From Oceanispirochaeta sp. (lineage in GTDB: Bacteria > Spirochaetota > Spirochaetia > DSM-2461): a stretch of 64,000 bases of DNA. This document shows, piece by piece, positions 9,371 to 18,221 of the stretch. The notes beneath the pieces are model-generated. The model was not told the origin of the DNA and made no database searches. It worked only from the letters and a program-made list of their open reading frames with translations. The stretch is from the NCBI GenBank assembly GCA_963663385.2, contig CAXXXD010000003.1:1024001-1088000 (forward strand), written 5' to 3'. Both the position numbers and the translations under genes were made by a program. How positions within the stretch are numbered: the stretch's first letter is position 1; each line of letters starts with the position of its first letter.

Positions 9371-11182
9371 CTACAACCGCAGAATCCTTTTTCCGAAAGC
9401 CGATTCAACAATACTGCTCAGGGCTTTATCATTCATCCAGCTTCTATCCGGTGTGCCGGATATGTCCAGTCCCTTCATCTGTGATGAGTCGGCTATCATT
9501 TCCATAGCCAGATGGGCTTCCCGAAAGGTCAGGCCTTCGCCTTCCGCATTAACCACATCCGTGCTTATTCTGACAACAAATCCGTCTGTTCCGTTTCCAG
9601 CTTTCCTCAGGGCATTTATCATGATTTCCCGCATTCCCATCAAATCCACATCCTCCATGGTATAGGCAAGAATGCCGGTTTCCCGTATTTTTAGAATCTC
9701 TTCTTTTTCTGCTTCCCGAAGTCCAACCAATACGGTGTTTTCCGGAGAAATACAGAAATTCAGTCCGTCAATATTTTTAAAATAACCAAAAGTTTTAGCT
9801 AGATAATTTTCAGGATTTTCTGAATTCTCAACTGTAAATAATGACGGAGATGGTGAAAAAATAATCAGACCCAACTGATTATAAACCTGTGCCATTCCTT
9901 TCAGTGTATCGTAAGTTTTATTCAACTCTCCACCAACAAAAATGATCTGATTATTCTTACCGATTCCGGAAATATTTTCAGGAGTAACCGGTAGATCCTT
10001 TACGGTATAGGTATATCCCAATTCCTTTATATGATTCAGGAGACTCGGGTCATCAGAAAGAGGTGAGCCTCCAATCATAACGATTTCCGGATTATCCATA
10101 ATACTCTTCACTCCCGTTATATGAGTTTTCTTTACATAGTTTGAAGTCATTGCCGCCAGCAGGGCTCCGTAGTTCATATTAAAGAGTATTGAGTCTCCCA
10201 GTTCGGGAGGAGGTGATACGGCTGTCACATCCAGCAGCAGATGATCGCTTGACGCCCCCAGGATAATTGCATTTTTATCACGGGGAATAAGATTGTCTAC
10301 TATCACATCTTCCCTTCCCACATTAAGGATGGCCCGGACTATATTCCCCTTGTCTGAGAAAACCGGTTTTACACCGAAGGCATCCATTCCTGTTTCGCCG
10401 ATAGGGACGGATGGTTTGGTCTTCAGCTCAATCAGCTCAGCGGATAGCTGAAACGCATCATCAGAACAACCCTGCCAGATACGTCCCCTGACGGTTTCCC
10501 TTCCCAGGGCTATGGCTTCTCCAATCCTTAAATGGTTGATTCTGCCGGGCATACCGCCTTCCAGAAGGAGGGGAAGGGAGGAGGAATTTCCTCCGGATAT
10601 GATATCCAGCTTTATATGAAAGGTCTTTTCGATCTGTTCCGCATAGCCGACAAGTTCGTTCATATTTTTCCGACTGGGAAGTACTCCGCCGAAACATGTG
10701 AGGTTCGTACCGATTCCTGCAATCCTTACACCATTCAGTTCGATTACTTCCCGGCAGATTTCCATCAGATCGGTAGGCCATATCCCTTCTCTCAAATCTC
10801 CCAGATCTACCATCAGCAGGATTTTATGAATCTTCCCCCTGCGGATGGCGGCTTCTGAAAGGGATCGAATCACCGACAGTTCGGAGTTCAGGCTTATATC
10901 TGCGTTTGAGACTATCTCATCCACCTGGGACAGAGGGGGGATCCGCAGCATTATTATAGGCGCATTGATGCCGCTTGCCCGCAGGCGTCTGATATTTTCA
11001 ATCCGTGATTCTCCCAGACTGACGGCGCCTCCTTCCAGCATAGCTCTTCCCACCTGGGGCATTCCGCAGGTTACCTTAGTAACCCCGCATACGCTGATTC
11101 CCCTCTGTCTGCAGAAATCACAGATTTTTCTGGTGTTTGTCCTGATCTTGTTAATATCAATCAATATTTCAGGACCGGACAT
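9371..11182 (-). CDS. orr: Ornithine racemase (PLP-dependent) fused to a C-terminal degenerate arginase-fold domain
   Basis: GVTKVTCG (PLP Lys), LMVDLGDLREG, GTNLTC, SGGNSSSL, LRIGE, GASSDHL; last gene of the ornithine operon; extra ~240-aa C-terminus aligns with arginase; RBS AAAGGAG before ATG 11182. Confidence 0.88.
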   Translation of the reverse strand: MSGPEILIDINKIRTNTRKICDFCRQRGISVCGVTKVTCGMPQVGRAMLEGGAVSLGESRIENIRRLRASGINAPIIMLRIPPLSQVDEIVSNADISLNSELSVIRSLSEAAIRRGKIHKILLMVDLGDLREGIWPTDLMEICREVIELNGVRIAGIGTNLTCFGGVLPSRKNMNELVGYAEQIEKTFHIKLDIISGGNSSSLPLLLEGGMPGRINHLRIGEAIALGRETVRGRIWQGCSDDAFQLSAELIELKTKPSVPIGETGMDAFGVKPVFSDKGNIVRAILNVGREDVIVDNLIPRDKNAIILGASSDHLLLDVTAVSPPPELGDSILFNMNYGALLAAMTSNYVKKTHITGVKSIMDNPEIVMIGGSPLSDDPSLLNHIKELGYTYTVKDLPVTPENISGIGKNNQIIFVGGELNKTYDTLKGMAQVYNQLGLIIFSPSPSLFTVENSENPENYLAKTFGYFKNIDGLNFCISPENTVLVGLREAEKEEILKIRETGILAYTMEDVDLMGMREIMINALRKAGNGTDGFVVRISTDVVNAEGEGLTFREAHLAMEMIADSSQMKGLDISGTPDRSWMNDKALSSIVESAFGKRILRL

Positions 11183-12566
11183 GGCAGGAGCTCCTTTCTG
11201 TTTCTTCAATCATATAGCGGTTAAGCAGGGCCACTGTATCTTTCGGATATTTTCTACTCAGAACACCAAGAGATGCCATAATGTAGGATCTGTCAATAAA
11301 GACCGCAGGTATATGCCGGGGAAGAAGATCATTCTTTCTTCCCTCCCGGAATACCCTGCGCAGCAGTTCCGTTCCGTTCTCCAGTCTTGTAAGAGCGCCG
11401 CCCGTACCAATCATACAGCTTACTGCGGTCAGATCCCTTCCTTCCGCCATGGTCCTTTTCCCCTTTGTCGTAAAGGACTCCCTGAATTTCCCGGCATGAC
11501 GATGCAGGGCTGTTTCAAGGGCGGTATAGGTCAGCAGGGAGACCAGGTGCTTGTCTCTGTCGGTTTCGGGAACCGGTTTAAGTCCTTTTACGGCATCAGT
11601 CAATTCCTCTTCTGTCAGGGATAATAATGCTGCGCTTTTTGACTTGTCCATTAAATCCAGAACATTCATCCGGTTTACGTAAACACCCAGATCCCCCTCT
11701 ACCGTCCGCTTGGCATCCGGTTCGGGGGACAACAGGATGCGGCTGATCTCCTCGCTGCCGTCTGTAACGGAATGGACATCCGTAGTAGCGCCGCCTACAT
11801 CGAAAGTAATCAGATCTCCGATCTTTTCTTTCAGCAGCCTGGAGGCTTCCATTACCGCGCCCGGGGTGGGAATTATGGGGCCGTCAACAAGAGAACGGAT
11901 TTTCTCCATGCCCGGAGCATGCACAATATGCTCTTCGAACACTTCCTGGATAATCCTTCTGGCCGGAACAACTTCCAGACGGTCGATAACAGGATAAACA
12001 TTTTCCACAATATAGAGACGGTTCGGCCTGTCTGAAAATATCTCCCGGATCTCATCATGGTTCTGAATATTCCCGGCGTAGATTACAGGAATATTCAGAT
12101 TCAGAGCCGCAATTTTTTCCGCATTATCCAGAGCGGTATCCCGTTCCCCGTAATCGACTCCTCCTGCAATCATAATGATATTCGGACGTATATCCACCAG
12201 TTTCTTCAGGTCTGTCCGGCGGATCCTTCCCGCGGTGATCTGGTGGATGTTCGCGCCGGCCCCGAGGGCCGCTTCTCTGGCAGCCCGTACGGTCATATCG
12301 TATACCAGACCGTGTACTGTCATCCTGAGCCCCCCCGCAGCGCTGCTGGAGGCCAGAAAATGTTCCCATTCGAGTTTTCCTATGCCCAGGGCATCTTTCA
12401 GATTCTCTATGGCAGCATTCAATCCTATGGTAACGTCCCCCTTTTCCACGCTTGTGGGAGCAAAGCCCTGTCCCATAAATACGGGAGAAGAGGTTCCCAT
12501 TTCCCCAAAGGCATTTACAACGGTAGTGGTACTGCCGATTTCCGCTGTCAGGACATCCGCTTTCAT
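11169..12566 (-). CDS. GlmL/MutL-like putative reactivating factor for ornithine aminomutase
   Basis: AEIGSTTT, SSSAAGGL, DVGGATTDVHS, RTVEGDLG, GTGG actin-like ATPase motifs; directly after oraE. Confidence 0.9.
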   Translation of the reverse strand: MKADVLTAEIGSTTTVVNAFGEMGTSSPVFMGQGFAPTSVEKGDVTIGLNAAIENLKDALGIGKLEWEHFLASSSAAGGLRMTVHGLVYDMTVRAAREAALGAGANIHQITAGRIRRTDLKKLVDIRPNIIMIAGGVDYGERDTALDNAEKIAALNLNIPVIYAGNIQNHDEIREIFSDRPNRLYIVENVYPVIDRLEVVPARRIIQEVFEEHIVHAPGMEKIRSLVDGPIIPTPGAVMEASRLLKEKIGDLITFDVGGATTDVHSVTDGSEEISRILLSPEPDAKRTVEGDLGVYVNRMNVLDLMDKSKSAALLSLTEEELTDAVKGLKPVPETDRDKHLVSLLTYTALETALHRHAGKFRESFTTKGKRTMAEGRDLTAVSCMIGTGGALTRLENGTELLRRVFREGRKNDLLPRHIPAVFIDRSYIMASLGVLSRKYPKDTVALLNRYMIEETERSSCHVRS

Positions 12567-12567
12567 A

Positions 12568-14796
12568 TCAGGACGTTTCTCCGGAGTTTTTCATTTCCCT
12601 TCTGCGCTGAACCAGAAAGGTTGCATTCATGGTGCCGTTGGAACCCCTTCCGAAGCCCTGATCCATACCGTTTTTTCTGGCCAGTTCGGGGGTTACCTGT
12701 GTTCCTCCGGCAATCAGGATAATCCTGTCCCGGATTCCCTTTTCCACACAGGTTTCATGAAGCTTCTTCATATTTTTATAGTGGATATCATCATGGCTGA
12801 TTATGGTGGAGATCATAATGGCACCCGCATTCAGTTCAATGGCGGCATCCACCAGTTTTTCTATGGGGCAGGATGTTCCCAGGTAGTGGACTTCAAAACC
12901 GAATTTTTCTATACCGCCGTGTTTGATATCGATAATCTCTCTCAATCCCACCGAGTGTTCATCTTCTCCTACCGTAGCGGCCACAATCTTCATGGGCTCT
13001 GCTTTTATATCCGCGCTGATCTCGTCATCCGACAGGATTTCCGGTTCCGGAGGAATTACCAGGCTGTTCAGATCAATGGTGTGCCGGAACTTCCCCTTTA
13101 TTTCCACACGGGTCCCTTCCGCCGCCTGCATCACTTCCGTATGGATAACCTCAACCTCATCCAGACCCATCTTCTTTCCCACTTCAATGGCTGCAAAGGA
13201 TGCGGTTCTTTCATCGATGGGGAGAAACATGGTTGTCTGAACCACACCGTCACCCAGCCATTCCATTTCGGGTTTGACAATAGGGTTCTCCCTGTATTCC
13301 CGGGTTTCCTCCATACGGACATTCACATTGTCCATTTCATCCAGTTCATCAATAAAAATGATCTTCTCCGGGTGTTCAAAGGTCCCGCCGCCGATCAGGG
13401 AGGACGGGTCCTTAACCGCTTCCTCCCCGTAGGGCTCCAGGTTGTTGTAGCCGAAATGGGCTGTTACGGGCGCCATATAATCCGCGGCCCTTTCATACAC
13501 CGTACCGGCGCCTACGCCCCCGTCCATATGCCGGATAATGGCATCGTCGTTCCGTTCGGGGTAATAGCCGGAATCCACAAAAAACCCTTCTTCCACCGCA
13601 TTGAAATAGCTTCCTGTTTCCAGCATTTCTTCCAGAAAAAGAACCGCTCTCTCTTTCAGTTCCCGTACCTTTTCGGCCAGTTCCCCCGTATCTCTTTTCA
13701 GTTCGACCATCTCCATCAAACCGTCCATTCCGGCAAAAGCCTGTTTGGCCGTATCGGTCCCCTCCATATTGTAGATATGCCAGGGCACGTTCCTCCCTTC
13801 ATCGGGAGTAATGGTGGACTGGATTTCCGCCCGGGTCAGTTTGGAAATGAGCAGGTTGAGGGTGTGGGTTACAGTCGCCTCCCTGGTGGATGACCCCATA
13901 TATTTGGTATTCTGCTGGGCACGCATCTTATACTCCCTGAACAGTTCCCGCAGGGCGACCGCATAGGGTAGGTCCAGGCGCATACAGGGGCCAGGGGGGG
14001 CTGTGGGAGGTACCGTGGAAAGGCAGATATCCTCCTTTTTCATCCCCACCTTTACAGAGAACATGGCGTTGATCCCGTGCTGGACCATCAGTTCCGGCAT
14101 GACCTTCCAGGCATCCCTTGCGGTGGCATTGGCATTATGAGCGCCGTCTATCTGGGCTATGCCGGCCCAGGCCATCACTTTTTTGGCTACCGCTGCATCC
14201 ACAAAGCTGCGAATCATATTGATGTTACGGTAGAGGACATTGTACTGGGGATCCTGATGGGCGCCGTTTACCCCCTCTTCGGCAAAGAGAACGGCAATTT
14301 CCGGACCGGCTACACCGCTCACGTAGGAGTGGTAATTGATGGGCCGTCCCACTTCATCTTCAATAAGATCCAGAGCCTTACGCTGAGCCCTGATCTGCTT
14401 GCGGGAGATCGGGACTCCGCCGATTCCCTGAGGAGTCCCCTCGATGAGCCCGTCCATATGGCTCTGTCCGGCTGTCCGGATTACCATCAGATGGTCCGCC
14501 CCGTGCCAGGCGGCCATACGCATACGCCTGATATCATCTTCGAAGCGACCCGATGCAATTTCCGTTGTTATGGTACTGGTGGGTTGGGGATCAATATCGT
14601 TAAAGTAGTGACCAGCAGGCAGAGGCTGCCCCTGTTTCAGGTTCTCGGAGGTATCATAGTATTCGAATTTTCCTATCTGCCGTTTCTGACCGGCACCTTT
14701 CCGCCATACCCAGTTTCTTCGCCTGGGACGGTAGTTCTCCAGATCCTTCAGTATTTCCTGAACGTTCAATTTTTCATTTCTGTCTAGTGCATTCAT
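12568..14796 (-). CDS. oraE: D-ornithine 4,5-aminomutase large subunit (AdoCbl + PLP)
   Basis: EIASGRFEDDIRRMRMAAWHGADH, HQDPQYNVLYR, B12 motif DEHSVG, PLP Lys in IIDIKHGG. Confidence 0.96.
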   Translation of the reverse strand: MNALDRNEKLNVQEILKDLENYRPRRRNWVWRKGAGQKRQIGKFEYYDTSENLKQGQPLPAGHYFNDIDPQPTSTITTEIASGRFEDDIRRMRMAAWHGADHLMVIRTAGQSHMDGLIEGTPQGIGGVPISRKQIRAQRKALDLIEDEVGRPINYHSYVSGVAGPEIAVLFAEEGVNGAHQDPQYNVLYRNINMIRSFVDAAVAKKVMAWAGIAQIDGAHNANATARDAWKVMPELMVQHGINAMFSVKVGMKKEDICLSTVPPTAPPGPCMRLDLPYAVALRELFREYKMRAQQNTKYMGSSTREATVTHTLNLLISKLTRAEIQSTITPDEGRNVPWHIYNMEGTDTAKQAFAGMDGLMEMVELKRDTGELAEKVRELKERAVLFLEEMLETGSYFNAVEEGFFVDSGYYPERNDDAIIRHMDGGVGAGTVYERAADYMAPVTAHFGYNNLEPYGEEAVKDPSSLIGGGTFEHPEKIIFIDELDEMDNVNVRMEETREYRENPIVKPEMEWLGDGVVQTTMFLPIDERTASFAAIEVGKKMGLDEVEVIHTEVMQAAEGTRVEIKGKFRHTIDLNSLVIPPEPEILSDDEISADIKAEPMKIVAATVGEDEHSVGLREIIDIKHGGIEKFGFEVHYLGTSCPIEKLVDAAIELNAGAIMISTIISHDDIHYKNMKKLHETCVEKGIRDRIILIAGGTQVTPELARKNGMDQGFGRGSNGTMNATFLVQRRREMKNSGETS

Positions 14797-14801
14797 AATT
14801 A

Positions 14802-15191
14802 TCAGCCCGCCTGGATGTGAGATGTTGTACCGGATGGGGAAACAAAGAGAGCGGCTGTTTCATCCCAGAGTTCGTTATCAGCCAGAGCCAGCCCGGCTGA
14901 TCTGAGATCCAGATCCCTGGACCGGGAGAGTTTATATACCAGATGCCCCGCACCATGTTCCAGCAGCCCCCTGTCGATGGCGCCCTGAACAATGGCTTTG
15001 CTTTCGATGCTGGAGAATCCCATACGCAGAAGAACCGAACGTTCGATGGATGGGGAGGTGTGAGTCCGGGCCATATCTACAATGGGATCCATGAGTTTGC
15101 CGCACAGTTCCCAGAACCGTTCTTCCAGCTGTTTCTCACTTAAACCTGCCAGGTGCTGTCTTCTCTGTTCAAAATCGTCTTTTCGTTCCAT
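14802..15191 (-). CDS. oraS: D-ornithine 4,5-aminomutase small subunit
   Basis: MERKDDFEQRRQHL, THTSPSIERSVLLRMGFSS, GLLEHGAG. Confidence 0.93.
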   Translation of the reverse strand: MERKDDFEQRRQHLAGLSEKQLEERFWELCGKLMDPIVDMARTHTSPSIERSVLLRMGFSSIESKAIVQGAIDRGLLEHGAGHLVYKLSRSRDLDLRSAGLALADNELWDETAALFVSPSGTTSHIQAG

Positions 15192-16605
15192 CTTTTATCC
15201 TCATCAGTGATTCAATGGCATTGCTGACCCATACCGGATCGGTTTTTGTCTCTTCCGCCATATATTTCAGGTCCTGTGCCGTCGGCTCTGTTCCGTTTAA
15301 TGATTCCAGGCAGTTTTTGATATAGGATAAACGGATCCGGTTAAGATCAAGATCTACAGCCCGAATCAGGGAAGGGTGCTCAGGAAGGATGATCGATTCA
15401 CCCGGGATCTCCTCTCCGGGGTCGCCGAAGCGCAACTCAATGCCGTTCTCCCTGGCGAAGGAAAGCTGAGGCTGCAGGTGTTTCCCCGCACCCGTGTATT
15501 CGGTCTCCTGAACAAGTATAATCTGATCCTCCTCCATTTCCCGGGCAATGGAGAAAGCTGCCGCAAGGGAAGTATTTCCTGCGGGTCCTCTCTCCAGGCC
15601 CTCTATCTGAGCCAGGGTTTCGGTTATATAAAAAACCTCCCCCTGCCTGACTGTCACATACCGGTCCAGGTAGCGCAGGGGGCGGCCGGCGGAACGGGGC
15701 ACATCAGAACGGTCCGGGTTAACCGCAAAAGGGATGCCGAATCCGGTATGACCCGTTGTAAAGGATTTGCGGTTAAACTGCCTGTCGCTGGCCATATGCA
15801 GCCCGCTAAGGTCAACACTTGCCCCTATAATCCGCGTACCGGGGGCTCCGGCTTTCTGCAGCCCCCGGGCTGTTCCGGTCACATTTCCCCCGCCGGCTGT
15901 GGTAATCACAACCGCATCCGGATTTTTTCCGCAGAGAGCCTTCATCTGTTCGGGAATTTCATACCCGAGAGTTTCTATTCCGGCGATACCAAAGGGCGTA
16001 TAGAGGGAGGCATTGAAAAATCCCGTCTCCTCCAGAAGCTGCAGAAAGGTATAGAAGAGCTCCGGACCTACGGAGAGCTGTATAACTTCTGCACCGTAAG
16101 CCTCGCACTTCCTCGCTTTCTCAATGATTTCCGGCTGCCCCTTGCCCCCGGAGTCGTAACACTCCTGTACAATGATGCATTTGAGTCCCTGCATGGCAGC
16201 CTGGCTGGCAACAGCGGCACCATAGTTTCCGCTGGTGGCTGCTATGACTCCCCTGTACCCCAGCTTTTTGGCATGGTAGACACTGACTGCCGCCCGGCGG
16301 GCTTTAAAACTGCCCGAGGGGTTGGCTGCTTCATCTTTCAGGAAGATCCGGGCCCCCTTGCCGGTTTCCGCTGTTTCCCGGCAAAGGGCCGTCAGGTTTC
16401 TCAGTTCATAAACGGGGGTATTTCCAACCCCCCCTGACTTCTGTATGTTCTGTATTTCCTCAAGGGAATACCCGACATCCCTCATCATGCCCTCGAAATC
16501 AAAAGCAATGGATCCGGATTCGAACCGGCTGTAATCAATCCCCACGGCTTTTTTCATGATCTCGCCTTTCCGTTTCATCAGATCATTGTAACTGCCCTTA
16601 CTCAC
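15169..16605 (-). CDS. ortB: 2-amino-4-ketopentanoate thiolase beta subunit (PLP)
   Basis: KDEAANPSGSFKARR, ATSGNYG, FNRKSFTTGHTGFG, QETEYTGAGKH. Confidence 0.94.
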   Translation of the reverse strand: MSKGSYNDLMKRKGEIMKKAVGIDYSRFESGSIAFDFEGMMRDVGYSLEEIQNIQKSGGVGNTPVYELRNLTALCRETAETGKGARIFLKDEAANPSGSFKARRAAVSVYHAKKLGYRGVIAATSGNYGAAVASQAAMQGLKCIIVQECYDSGGKGQPEIIEKARKCEAYGAEVIQLSVGPELFYTFLQLLEETGFFNASLYTPFGIAGIETLGYEIPEQMKALCGKNPDAVVITTAGGGNVTGTARGLQKAGAPGTRIIGASVDLSGLHMASDRQFNRKSFTTGHTGFGIPFAVNPDRSDVPRSAGRPLRYLDRYVTVRQGEVFYITETLAQIEGLERGPAGNTSLAAAFSIAREMEEDQIILVQETEYTGAGKHLQPQLSFARENGIELRFGDPGEEIPGESIILPEHPSLIRAVDLDLNRIRLSYIKNCLESLNGTEPTAQDLKYMAEETKTDPVWVSNAIESLMRIKDGTKRRF

Positions 16606-16912
16606 CGGCAGCCTCCCTTTCAGCCAGGATCTGTTTTACCTGACGGCCGATATGAAGAGTTTCGGGGATACAGAACCCCCAGGAGTGGCTGAACCGTGGG
16701 TTCTTCTCCAATAGACAGCCTGTAATACGGCGGCCGATTATGGTTTCTATTTCCACTTCGTCGCCAGGGGACGCATTGTCGTTTACAAGGAATCCCTTGT
16801 CCCACATTTCAAGGGGAACCTTTCTGGTATCTTCCGGTATCCGGGAGGCTCTCTCTTCCGGTGTAAGGAGAATCTTATGTATTCTTACCCAATCACCTTT
16901 CTTTGCATTCAT
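16598..16912 (-). CDS. ortA: 2-amino-4-ketopentanoate thiolase alpha subunit
   Basis: KKGDWVRIH, PEDTRKVPLEMWDKGFL; lies between ord and ortB. Confidence 0.93.
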   Translation of the reverse strand: MNAKKGDWVRIHKILLTPEERASRIPEDTRKVPLEMWDKGFLVNDNASPGDEVEIETIIGRRITGCLLEKNPRFSHSWGFCIPETLHIGRQVKQILAEREAAGE

Positions 16913-16921
16913 AGGGACTCC

Positions 16922-17971
16922 TTACCGGTTTACAAGATCTCGCATATCTCCCATTATGGCCCGGGGAACCGGGAGATCCAGCATTGTCTTAAGACCGGGC
17001 CGTGCATTGATCACATGGGGGATCATATTGACGCACATGGCTATGGTACCGATCCCGCCGGGTATTTCCGGCTGGATGGCCATGGATATATCCGGTGTTC
17101 CTTTTATCCGTATGTAGTCTCCCGTTTCCGTACCTTCAAGCTGGGGTTCCACCTGCTGGGGATGGATCATACGGATTTTTTCCCTGCCGTCCACTTTGCC
17201 GTACCCTTTCATAGCGCATCCGGCAATGCTGCCGGGCTGGACTTCCACATAGTCTGTTTTGCGGTATACCTTTGAAACAATGGGGTCCATAGTCTGCCTG
17301 ACCGGTTCATCCAGCTTCCATCCGATGGCATCACAGATCATCCTGATCGATTCATTAAACCCCACATGACCGGCCAGGCTGTTATTTTCCACACCCTTCC
17401 GGAACTCCTCCCTGCTTATGCCAACTCCCTGCTCTTCCATAACCGCCGGCCCGAAGGGGGAAAGGCTGTTTACCCGTTCCGCCTCAATTTCATCCACATC
17501 AATACAGGCCCCGGTCAGGGCCACTACCAGCAGATCCATAATGAGACCGGGGTTGATCCCGGTTCCCAGGACGCTCACACCGTTAATGCGGGCAATCTCA
17601 TCCAGCTGCCTTGTCAGTTCCGGCTCCGAGGCTATGGGGTATGCCATTTCTTCCGCTGTAGAAATGACATTCAGTTTATGTTCAAGGAGAAAACGGATTT
17701 TCGGAAAAGCTTTTGCCGTAAAGGAATCTGTAGCCAGGAGGGCAATATCCGCACACCCTTCAGATACAATATCAGAAATTTCAGGACGTATGATAATATC
17801 AGGACGGCCGGCTTGTTCTATACTGCAGAGTTCGTACAGGTTTTTACCGATTCTGTCGGGGTGATTATCACAGATCCCTGTAATCTCAACACCATTTTTC
17901 TTCAATAACATGCGGGCCATACCGCTGCCCATGGCTCCGAATCCCCATATTATGACTTTTATTTCACTCAT
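16922..17971 (-). CDS. ord: 2,4-diaminopentanoate dehydrogenase
   Basis: WGFGAMG Rossmann motif, STAEEMAYP, GTGINPG, RVNSLSPFG, GHVGF, HPQQ, EIPGGIGT. Confidence 0.94.
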   Translation of the reverse strand: MSEIKVIIWGFGAMGSGMARMLLKKNGVEITGICDNHPDRIGKNLYELCSIEQAGRPDIIIRPEISDIVSEGCADIALLATDSFTAKAFPKIRFLLEHKLNVISTAEEMAYPIASEPELTRQLDEIARINGVSVLGTGINPGLIMDLLVVALTGACIDVDEIEAERVNSLSPFGPAVMEEQGVGISREEFRKGVENNSLAGHVGFNESIRMICDAIGWKLDEPVRQTMDPIVSKVYRKTDYVEVQPGSIAGCAMKGYGKVDGREKIRMIHPQQVEPQLEGTETGDYIRIKGTPDISMAIQPEIPGGIGTIAMCVNMIPHVINARPGLKTMLDLPVPRAIMGDMRDLVNR

Positions 17972-17997
17972 CACTATTCCCTTAATCTGATTATATC

Positions 17998-18017
17998 ATT
18001 ACTACTGTAATAGTAAT
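17998..18017. promoter_or_regulatory. Palindromic operator candidate over the ord transcription start
   Basis: ATTACTA-N6-TAGTAAT perfect inverted repeat starting just downstream of the -10 box. Confidence 0.55.
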
Positions 18018-18020
18018 ACA

Positions 18021-18048
18021 ATTATACAAGGCATAAAGGACAAGTCAA
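18021..18048 (-). promoter_or_regulatory. Sigma70-type promoter of the ornithine operon
   Basis: Minus strand TTGACT-N16-TATAAT. Confidence 0.65.
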
Positions 18049-18221
18049 GAAAATGTTTCCGAATCAGATATATCTGAACCAGGCTGATACCAGCCGCTGC
18101 TGAATCAGTACCTCGAAGCGGATACAGGTATGGTTGAAATCCGGTATACAGATAAAGTCTAAAGGATTTCTGCTGTCCATAACTATTTTTTTTGATAATA
18201 TATGCGGGAAGGAGCCAAAAC

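Noticed and set aside
9371..10100. Functional arginase or separate pseudogene
   Set aside because: Metal ligands are missing and the domain is in frame with the racemase, so it is neither an active enzyme nor an independent broken gene
10845..11624. 259-aa plus-strand ORF
   Set aside because: Antisense to orr and the GlmL-like gene
12175..13893. 572-aa plus-strand ORF
   Set aside because: Antisense shadow of oraE and the GlmL-like gene in GC-rich coding DNA; no recognisable motifs
15376..16437. 353-aa plus-strand ORF
   Set aside because: Antisense to ortB; shadow frame
18060..18150. Short palindromes in the ord-alr spacer (TCAGATATATCTGA, GGCTG..CAGCC)
   Set aside because: Short, with no recognisable RNA family or second copy; cannot be distinguished from chance
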